From assembly GCA_044229975.1 (NCBI GenBank), contig JBGARZ010000004.1, forward strand, positions 128,001-192,000: a DNA stretch of 64,000 nt, in the 5' to 3' direction. Shown here in pieces: positions 55,582 through 64,000 of this stretch. The DNA is from Polyangiales bacterium. GTDB lineage: Bacteria; Myxococcota_A; Polyangia; Polyangiales; Ga0077539. Position 1 is the first letter of the stretch, and each line of letters begins with the position of its first letter. Position numbers and translations under genes: made by a program. Below the pieces are notes generated by a model. That model had not been told where the DNA came from, ran no database searches, and worked only from the letters and a program-made list of their open reading frames with translations.

Positions 55582-58037
55582 CAGCGAACCCCCGAGCCGT
55601 AGCCGCGCGCGCGGTCTTCCACGTTGGGAGGAAGCAGCTTCCAGAGGTCGCGCACGGCCTGCTCCAGGGCCTTGGTGTCGCCGCGGTTCTGGGCCGCGCG
55701 TCCGTCGCGGATGAGCTTCGCGGCGCGCGGCGCGTCGGTGGTCTCGCCCACGCGCGACTCGGCGTGATCGAGCTGCTCGCCCCACGCCCCCGGGCAGCGC
55801 AGATAGGCCGCGGTGCCGAGCTGTCGGGCGAGGGCGTTCTGACGGGAGACGTCGTGGGCGTTGCGCGCGGTGATGGCCTTCTCCAGCGCGGCCGCGACGC
55901 CGTCGATGGTGCGGCGCTCGGTGTCGGTGCCGAACTCCGAGAGCCAGCTCACGGCCCACTCCATCCCCTCACGGGCGGTCTCGATCATCTCGGGCCACGC
56001 ACGCTCGGCCTCTGCATCTGCGAGCAGGGCGTCGATGTCCACCAGCGTTCGGCGGGCGCGCTCGATGGCGTCGGCGTCGCCGCCTTCGGCCGCCGCGAGG
56101 TCGCGACCGAGCTCGACGAAGAGCGGCTCCACTCGTGCGAGCGCCGCCGCCGACTTCGCCAGCGACTGTCGAAACGCCGCCCCGCGCGCCTCGCTCGTCC
56201 GCCGTCGCAGATCATCGTGCTGGGCCCGCAGCGCCTCCACCGGGACCTTCGGCGCCACGAGATGCGCCACCTCGTCGAAGACCTGCCCCAGCGACGGGAC
56301 CCGCGCGCTTGCGCTCAGCCGCCCGCCGCGATCGAGCTCCAGCGTGACCTCGATGGCCGAGCCCGCGGGGAGGGTTCCGTTGACCTTCTCGGAGGCGATC
56401 TGGAGCTTGCCCACGAGGCGACACAGGTGCGCCTTGGGAAACTCCCCCTGCACGATCGGAACATCCAACGCATACCCCGTCGCCCCGCGCGCCACCGTGC
56501 TCACCGTCGACAGCGTGTGCGTGCGTCGCATCGGCAGCGGCGATCCGCGCTCGAAGAACACCTGCACGCCATCACTGGCGAGCGCCACGCCGACGGAGCG
56601 CGACAGCGGCGGGTCGCCGATGGTGACGCCGTGGACGATGGTGATGGTGGCGGGCGTGAGGGCGCGCGCCTTGCCGTCGGCGTCGAGTCCCTCGACGTGG
56701 AAGGTGCTGGCCTCGCGCGCGACGAGCTGAACCGGAACCGCGAAGGTCCCCTCGGCATCGGGCGCTTCGGGGTCGCTCATCCACGCGCCGTCGTCACGGC
56801 GGAAGCGCACGTAGGTGGGGCGCACGTCACCGACGCAGCGACCGACGATCCACGGGGAGAGGTCGCTCGACATGGCCGGGTACTGGAGCCACACGCGGGG
56901 TCCGCCGTCGGCGTTGTTCTCTGGTGCTTGCGGGCGCGCGTCGAGGCCGACGGAGGCTGCGTAGAGGGCGGCTCCCTGGGCGACGAGGGTCATCGGGTCG
57001 AGGCCCTCACCGGCGACGGCGCCGAGGGCTTCGGTGACGCGCGTTCGCAGCACCGGAGTGACCGTGGGGCCGCCGACGAGCACCACGCGGGAGAGCCTGG
57101 TCTGTGAGAGTCCGTGGCGTTCGAGGAGGCGTCGGCACACGGCGATGGAGCGGTCGACGAGCGGCAGCACGAGCGCGTCGTGGGTGGCGCGGTCGAGGGT
57201 GAGGTCGACGTCGACGGTGTCGCTCCCGACGACGAAGGCGGGGATGGTGAGGGACGCCTCGCGGGCGCGGGAGAGCTCGATGCGGGCTTCTTCGGCGGCG
57301 TGCTTGAGGCGTCGCAGCGCGGCGGCGTGGGCAGGGTCTTCGCGGCGGAGGGTGGCGCCGGTCTCCTCGGCGATGCGCGCGATGGCCCAGTCGACGACGG
57401 CGCCGTCGAGGTCGCGTCCGCCGAGGAAGTTGTCGCCGTCGTGGCCGACCACGCGGAGGAGGCCGTCCTGGGTTTCGAGGAGGGAGACGTCGAAGGTTCC
57501 GCCGCCGAGGTCGTAGACGAGCCACGGGGCGGGGTCGTCGGCGTCGGCCTTCCAGCCGGCGGCGATGGCCGAGGCGACGGGCTCTTGCAGGAGCTCGACG
57601 CGCTCGAAGCCCGCGAGGCGAGCGGCCTCGGCGGTGGCGGTGGTCTGCGGGAGTTCGAAGAGCGCGGGCACGGTCACGACGGCGCGGTCGGGCGCGACGC
57701 CGCACTGCTGCCGAACGTCCTCGCGCAATGACTTCAGCACCTCGGCGGAGAGCGCTTCGGGGCGGTACGCGCGGCCCGAGGCGGGGAAGGTGACGGTGTG
57801 CTCGGTTCCCATGAGGCGCTTGAACTCGCCGCGCACGTTGTCGGGGTCGCTGTCGTGGAGGCGACGCGCGCGGGCGCCGACGGTGACCTTCCCCTTCGCG
57901 TCGATGCGAACGACGCTGGGCGTGAGGGCGCTCCCGTCGGCGCCGCGCACGACGGTGACGGCGCGGCCGTCGAAGAGGGCGGCGGTAGAGTTGCTGGTTC
58001 CGAGGTCGATGCCGAGGTAGAGGGCGCCGGGGTTCAT
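55581..58037 (-). CDS. Atypical Hsp70-family protein (818 aa)
   Basis: GIDLGTSNS, TPSVV, VTVPALF, QEPVASA, VYDLGGGTFDVS, LGGRDLD, VLVGGPT; extra domain before the SBD and a long helical tail. Confidence 0.92.
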   Translation of the reverse strand: MNPGALYLGIDLGTSNSTAALFDGRAVTVVRGADGSALTPSVVRIDAKGKVTVGARARRLHDSDPDNVRGEFKRLMGTEHTVTFPASGRAYRPEALSAEVLKSLREDVRQQCGVAPDRAVVTVPALFELPQTTATAEAARLAGFERVELLQEPVASAIAAGWKADADDPAPWLVYDLGGGTFDVSLLETQDGLLRVVGHDGDNFLGGRDLDGAVVDWAIARIAEETGATLRREDPAHAAALRRLKHAAEEARIELSRAREASLTIPAFVVGSDTVDVDLTLDRATHDALVLPLVDRSIAVCRRLLERHGLSQTRLSRVVLVGGPTVTPVLRTRVTEALGAVAGEGLDPMTLVAQGAALYAASVGLDARPQAPENNADGGPRVWLQYPAMSSDLSPWIVGRCVGDVRPTYVRFRRDDGAWMSDPEAPDAEGTFAVPVQLVAREASTFHVEGLDADGKARALTPATITIVHGVTIGDPPLSRSVGVALASDGVQVFFERGSPLPMRRTHTLSTVSTVARGATGYALDVPIVQGEFPKAHLCRLVGKLQIASEKVNGTLPAGSAIEVTLELDRGGRLSASARVPSLGQVFDEVAHLVAPKVPVEALRAQHDDLRRRTSEARGAAFRQSLAKSAAALARVEPLFVELGRDLAAAEGGDADAIERARRTLVDIDALLADAEAERAWPEMIETAREGMEWAVSWLSEFGTDTERRTIDGVAAALEKAITARNAHDVSRQNALARQLGTAAYLRCPGAWGEQLDHAESRVGETTDAPRAAKLIRDGRAAQNRGDTKALEQAVRDLWKLLPPNVEDRARGYGSGVR

Positions 58038-58092
58038 GGGAGGGGACCGGAGATGAGCGCGGGAAGGCGGCGGGTGTCCAGTGGGTGGGGCG

Positions 58093-58680
58093 CTACCGGG
58101 CGCGCGTGGCGGCGCGGTGGACGGTGACGCGGAGCAGGAGGTTCTCGGTGGTGACCGCGACGCCTTCGCGGCGCAGACTCGAGGCGGCGTCGAGCCAGGC
58201 GCGGGTGGTGTCGGGGAGCTCGGCGTCGGCGACGAGGCGCCGGTCGGCGGCGCGCAGGGTGTCGAGCACGCGGTTGGCGTCGACGAGCAGGTGGTGGCGG
58301 CGAGCGTCGAAGGAGCGACTCACGGCGTGCATGAGGGGGTCGCCCGCGTCGTCATCGGGCGCGTCATCGGGCTCGATGGCGGGCGGTGCGACGGGCTCGG
58401 CGATGGACTCGGTGGGGACGTGGGGCGCGGGTGGAGGCGGGGCGTGGTCGTCGCCGCCGCGCAGCCAGGCGACGGACACGTGGAGGGCGAGGGCGAGGGC
58501 GTCCTGGGTGGGCTGCATGAGCCCGCGGATGCGGCCGTTTTCGAGGCGGGAGATCGCTTCCTGGGAGAGCCCGCTGCGGGTCGCGAGGTCGGCCTGGGTG
58601 AGCCCGAGCGCGAGGCGGCGCTCGCGGATGCGTGGGCCATCGACGCCCCCCGGACTCCGAACGTCACCAGCCTTCTGCAT
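58093..58680 (-). CDS. XRE-family HTH transcriptional regulator
   Basis: IRERRLALGLTQADLATRSGLSQEAISRLENG...LALALHVSVAWL. Confidence 0.85.
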   Translation of the reverse strand: MQKAGDVRSPGGVDGPRIRERRLALGLTQADLATRSGLSQEAISRLENGRIRGLMQPTQDALALALHVSVAWLRGGDDHAPPPPAPHVPTESIAEPVAPPAIEPDDAPDDDAGDPLMHAVSRSFDARRHHLLVDANRVLDTLRAADRRLVADAELPDTTRAWLDAASSLRREGVAVTTENLLLRVTVHRAATRAR

Positions 58681-58784
58681 AGGGCGCAGAGGATGGGATG
58701 ATCGAGTTGCATATTTCAAGGCCGACGATCGGAGAGGGTTAGGGCCGCGCGCCGCGGTGACGCCGCGGCGTGCGCCCTATCTGC

Positions 58785-60842
58785 TCAATCCCACCAGAGC
58801 CGCGGTCGCACTCCGACCGCGACGCCGTCCACCTGCACCTCGACGACGCTCGACCCCGCCGTCGTCGGCGCGGTGATGGTCACCTCCCACGCCGAGCCGT
58901 TCCATCGCGGCGCGGTGGCCGTCCCGCCGCCGCGGGTGACGCTCGCGGTGACGCTCGCCCCCATGCGAACCGTCCCGTCCACCTGGCGTGGTGTCACCAG
59001 CAGCGTGGCCGTCGCGCGGCCGTCCGCGGGCAGGTGGCGCGACGCCGGCGTCAGCGCCAGCAGCCGCGGCTCCTCGACGTCGTGCAGCGTCCCGGCGGCG
59101 ACGTCGTGTAGCTCCTGCACCACGCCCGACGGCCACGTCACCCGCACCGTCGCGGCGCTCGTCGCGGCGCCCAGTCCCACGAAGACCGTCGGCGCCGCCG
59201 CGAGCAGCGGTGAGCCCACCGAGCCGACCTGGTGCACCTGCGCCGCGACGCCCGGCTGCGGCAGCACGCGCACCTCGGCGCCGATGCCCAGCGCGTTGCT
59301 CGTCGTCCCGCGAAACCGCATCGAGAACCCGTGGTTGCCCGTCGTGATGTCGTTGCGAAACACCCGCGGATTGTCCTCGTGGCTGCCGATGACGAAGTCG
59401 GCGTCGCCGTCGCGGTCGAAGTCGTCCACGTCGAGCGAGCGCCACTGACCGCGCAGGTCGAGGTGCAGCCGCGCGCCGACCTCGACGAAGTTGGCGCCGC
59501 CGGCGTTCCAGTGGAGCGTCGAGTGCTGCGGGCCGACGAAGAACATCGGGTCGGAGAAGGCCGAGTGGTCGTTGCCGTGGGTGCCGACGAGGTCGTTGCG
59601 GCCGTCCTGGTCGACGTCGACCAGCGCGACGCCCCACGGGATCATCCGCCGCCCCATGTCGGACATCGAGGGGTTGGTGCCGAAGGGCGCCGTGCGGTCT
59701 TCCAACGGGAAGCGCCCGGGGTTGGGAAACACCCCGAGGTAGAAGTTGAGCGAGACGGCGAGGTCGAGGACGCTGTCGCCGTCCGCGTCGCCCATCGCGA
59801 CGCCCATCGGCACCCAGAACGACAGCGGGCGCGTGGCGTTGAGCCGGACGTCCCCTTCGACCGTGCGGATGAACGCGTCGGGCGGAATCGGGTCGAAGGG
59901 CTCGAAGCGCGGATAGCCCTCCGCGTCGATCGCGCGCCTCCGGTAGAACGACGGCGCCTCCTGACCGCCGCAGCCGCCGCCGATGTTCATGAGCAGGGCG
60001 TCGCCGTTGAGGGTGCCGGCGAGCACCGCGTAGGAGTAGCCCGGCAGCGCGTCGTCGAAGAGCTCGGTGCGGTCGGCGAAGGTGCGCGGCCCCGTGCGGA
60101 GGTAGAGCTGCATCCCGCGGCACGTGGTGCAGCAGTTGGCGGAGCCGAACACCACGTCGAGCCAGCCGTCGGCGTCGAAGTCGAGGAGCGCGATCGAGGG
60201 GAAGTTGGGCGCCCAGGTCTTGGTCGAGCGCACCATCGCCGACGGCGCCTCGAAGCGCCCGCCGCCGAGGCCCCAGGCGACCTCCTGCTCGGGGCGGTTG
60301 AGGATGAGGTCGACGAAGCCGTCGCCGTCGAGGTCGCGCACGCCCATCACGTAGAGGCGGTCGTTGTCGCGCGCGGTGTTGAGCCGGCCGCGCAGGGCGA
60401 TGCGACCCGCGGGGGCGTCGTAGTCGTACGCGACCGCGGTGCGACCGACGGGGCTGTCGAGCGTCGGCGCGAAGACCACCTCGTCGCGGCCGTCGCCATC
60501 GACGTCGGCGAAGAACCCGACCGTGGGGTGAGGGTCGCCCGTGTCCGTCGCAGGGCGCGGGACCGCGAGGAAGTCCGAGGGGCGGCCGTCGAGAGGGACG
60601 CTGAGGTCGATGAAGCCGGGGCCAAAAGAGCTCGGCGTCGGCAGCGCCGGCGGAACGTCCCGCTGCACCATGGGAACATCCGCGACCGGGGTGAGCCCGC
60701 TGTCGAAGGTCACGACCGGGCGGGGCTGAGGCTGAGGCTGAGGCTGAGGCTGAGGCTGAGGCTGTGCCGTGCAGGCGCCCACGGTCATCCCGAACAGACA
60801 CGTCCAAGAGGCAAGGCGGTAGGACGAAGTGGGGCGTGACAT
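58785..60842 (-). CDS. CRTAC1-like FG-GAP/ASPIC-UnbV protein with a C-terminal invasin/Ig-like domain
   Basis: Multiple DxDGDG repeats, NALGIGAEVRV...VFVGLG...VRVTWPSG, then LPADGRATATL. Confidence 0.85.
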   Translation of the reverse strand: MSRPTSSYRLASWTCLFGMTVGACTAQPQPQPQPQPQPQPRPVVTFDSGLTPVADVPMVQRDVPPALPTPSSFGPGFIDLSVPLDGRPSDFLAVPRPATDTGDPHPTVGFFADVDGDGRDEVVFAPTLDSPVGRTAVAYDYDAPAGRIALRGRLNTARDNDRLYVMGVRDLDGDGFVDLILNRPEQEVAWGLGGGRFEAPSAMVRSTKTWAPNFPSIALLDFDADGWLDVVFGSANCCTTCRGMQLYLRTGPRTFADRTELFDDALPGYSYAVLAGTLNGDALLMNIGGGCGGQEAPSFYRRRAIDAEGYPRFEPFDPIPPDAFIRTVEGDVRLNATRPLSFWVPMGVAMGDADGDSVLDLAVSLNFYLGVFPNPGRFPLEDRTAPFGTNPSMSDMGRRMIPWGVALVDVDQDGRNDLVGTHGNDHSAFSDPMFFVGPQHSTLHWNAGGANFVEVGARLHLDLRGQWRSLDVDDFDRDGDADFVIGSHEDNPRVFRNDITTGNHGFSMRFRGTTSNALGIGAEVRVLPQPGVAAQVHQVGSVGSPLLAAAPTVFVGLGAATSAATVRVTWPSGVVQELHDVAAGTLHDVEEPRLLALTPASRHLPADGRATATLLVTPRQVDGTVRMGASVTASVTRGGGTATAPRWNGSAWEVTITAPTTAGSSVVEVQVDGVAVGVRPRLWWD
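60724..60764. repeat. Hexamer microsatellite (GGCTGA)6+ encoding (QP)n
   Basis: Six perfect units plus a partial unit. Confidence 0.9.
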
Positions 60843-60930
60843 CGGTATGGCAGCCTCTCGACGCGAGAGTAGGCCGATCGCACCGCGCGGAGGTAGTGGC
60901 GGTGCGCCGATCGGCGACCGACGAGCTCGA

Positions 60931-62256
<1,326 letters not shown>

Positions 62257-62314
62257 GCCGCCGCGGACCGTATCCGCGGCCGTCGGGGCTGGCAAGCAAG
62301 GCGTCCGCGGGCGG

Positions 62315-63298
62315 TCAGGGCCGTCGGCTCACGGTGACGCGGATCTCGCTCAGGATGAAGTTGCCGGGGTTGGTCGCGCCGTTGTTGCCGGGCCCGCCGC
62401 CGGGGATGGACGAGTTGAAGAGGGCGTCGAGCCGGATGCCGGTGAGCTGCGACGCCGTGGTGTCGATGATCACCGTGTACGTCGAGTTCACGAGCTCGGG
62501 CGACGCCAGGACGCTGTTGCCCGCATGGCTGATGGTGACGCCATTGGTCGCGGCCACGGAGAAGATGGTGACGGGCGTGCTCCAGACGCCGTCGAGGCCG
62601 AGGTTGCCGCCCGAGACCAGGCCGTCGGCGAACTGATCCCTCGGCGCGGTGGTGAGGCGCAGCCGGAAGCTCAAGAGGCGGTAGCTCAGCGTGGCGCTGA
62701 CGAGGGAGACCTCGACCCTGGTGCCCCGCATCGAATACGGAGTGGTCGTCGCAAACTCCCACGCCGCGCTCTGCTCGCGCACCGGCCCGGGGGTCGCCGG
62801 CGCGATGGCCCACCCCTGGCCACCGCCGAAGTTGCCGTCCGTCGACCACGTCACCTCGTAGCTGGGCTGCGAGTAGGTCGCGGTGTCGTTGGCCAGCGTC
62901 AGGATCGTCGGGTTGAACTCCGGCACGACGTCGATGGGCACATCAGGCACATCGGGCACATCGGGTACATCGGGTACATCGGGTACATCGGGTACATCGG
63001 GTACGTCGCGAGCGTCGACGACATCCATCACGTCGCGCACGTCGACGACATCGCCCGCGTCGCCCGCGTCGCTCACGTCCATGGCGTCGCGCACGTCGAC
63101 GGCGTCGCCCGCGTCGGTCACGTCCATGGCGTCGCGCACGTCCATGGCCGCTGGGACATCCATCGCGGCTGCGACGTCCGACGCATCGATCACGTCCGTG
63201 GCGGGGCGGTCGGTCGCTGCGTCGGGGTAGCGGAGCTCGACGCATCCGAGCGCGGCGGCGACGGCGAGGAAGGCGAAGGTGCGGGCGGCGGTGGGCAT
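62315..63298 (-). CDS. Lipoprotein with an acidic DVP-repeat stalk and a C-terminal beta-sandwich
   Basis: GGGAG RBS, lipobox AAALGC, (DVP)8, GWAI...AAWEF...GNFILSEI. Confidence 0.78.
   Translation of the reverse strand: MPTAARTFAFLAVAAALGCVELRYPDAATDRPATDVIDASDVAAAMDVPAAMDVRDAMDVTDAGDAVDVRDAMDVSDAGDAGDVVDVRDVMDVVDARDVPDVPDVPDVPDVPDVPDVPDVPIDVVPEFNPTILTLANDTATYSQPSYEVTWSTDGNFGGGQGWAIAPATPGPVREQSAAWEFATTTPYSMRGTRVEVSLVSATLSYRLLSFRLRLTTAPRDQFADGLVSGGNLGLDGVWSTPVTIFSVAATNGVTISHAGNSVLASPELVNSTYTVIIDTTASQLTGIRLDALFNSSIPGGGPGNNGATNPGNFILSEIRVTVSRRP
62936..63007. repeat. 9-bp tandem repeat x8 (DVP)
   Basis: GGGTACATC / GGGCACATC units. Confidence 0.85.
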
Positions 63299-63309
63299 CG
63301 TCGTCTCCC

Positions 63310-64000
63310 TCAAAACGCGATCTCGCAGGTCACCGCGGCGCTCCCGCGACCCGTCGCGACGGCGCACCCGCGGAGCCCCGCGTGGGTCGGTGCAGCCCGC
63401 GAGGGAAGCGTCGCGAAGAGCACCGCCGAGGTGACCGCGGCAGCGCCACCGAGCGCGAAGCCCGCCACCGCGATGGCGCCGTCGGTGCCCACCGCCGACT
63501 CGGCCTCGGCGCATCGGGCGAGCGGCGAGGCGGGCAGGCAGTCGTTGTCGGGGTCGGCGTCTTCGTTGCGCGCGTTGAAGGCGTTGGCCTCGGCGTTGCG
63601 CAGACCGAGAGCGACGGCGCCCACCACGATGCCCGCCAGCGCGACGCCGCCAGTGGTCCACGCGAGGATGCGACGGCCCGAGCCGTGGGATGGGACCTCA
63701 CGCGGCGGCGGTGGCGGCAGCACCACCTGCCTCGGAGGCGGCGGTACAACGGGTCCCTCCGTCGGCGGAACAACCGGCGCCGCCACGCGCGGGACCGCCA
63801 CGAGGTCGATCTGCTCGCGGGTGGTCTGCCCGACGGTGAGCGCGGCCTGTCGGGTGACCTCCAGGTAGCCCGCGGCGCCGACCTGGAGGGTGATGGTTCC
63901 GGCCGGGAGGCGCAGGGGTTCGGCGAGGGGCGTGGTGCCGCGGGCGGTGCCGTCGACCCGCACCGTCGCGCCATCGACGTTGCAGCGCAGGTCGAGCCGC
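63310..64000 (-). CDS. PEGA domain protein, 5' end outside the window
   Basis: VDGATVRVDGTARGTTPL...LQVGAAGY, two TM helices; same architecture as 1599..2522. Confidence 0.8.
   Translation of the reverse strand, partial: RLDLRCNVDGATVRVDGTARGTTPLAEPLRLPAGTITLQVGAAGYLEVTRQAALTVGQTTREQIDLVAVPRVAAPVVPPTEGPVVPPPPRQVVLPPPPPREVPSHGSGRRILAWTTGGVALAGIVVGAVALGLRNAEANAFNARNEDADPDNDCLPASPLARCAEAESAVGTDGAIAVAGFALGGAAAVTSAVLFATLPSRAAPTHAGLRGCAVATGRGSAAVTCEIAF

Noticed and set aside
60724..60764. Phase-variation ON/OFF switch
   Set aside because: The unit length of 6 keeps the frame and only changes QP linker length. The same applies to the 9-bp and 12-bp repeats.

Overview
This is very GC-rich chromosomal DNA whose gene content looks myxobacterial (Polyangiales-like): four Hanks-type Ser/Thr kinases, PEGA/TPR proteins, Cys-rich and FG-GAP lipoproteins, and a MYXO-CTERM-like tail. 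Housekeeping genes include argG, a glutamate dehydrogenase, cobB, a suhB-like phosphatase, OPT and CDF transporters, and batD/batE-like genes. The most unusual element is a minus-strand unit at about 4219-4768 that the ORF track misses. It has a sigma70-type promoter with an operator-like palindrome, a near-leaderless 23-codon ORF, and three tRNA-Leu genes (CAG, GAG, CAA) that all lack the long variable arm. The ORF's three Leu codons (CTG, CTT, TTG) match those tRNAs in order, and a ~160-nt rod-like structured RNA fills the first tRNA spacer. Other highlights are (i) a translationally coupled operon of an atypical Hsp70, an HPD-less J-like protein and a membrane protein, behind an XRE regulator and near a KPD-type J/TPR protein; (ii) an Rpn-like PD-(D/E)XK gene with a strong internal start site, a candidate intragenic antitoxin; (iii) a degenerate sigma54 activator; (iv) a tandem double FAD-oxidase; and (v) four distinct REP/REPIN-like palindrome families. 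All calls come from reading motifs by eye; no searches were run.
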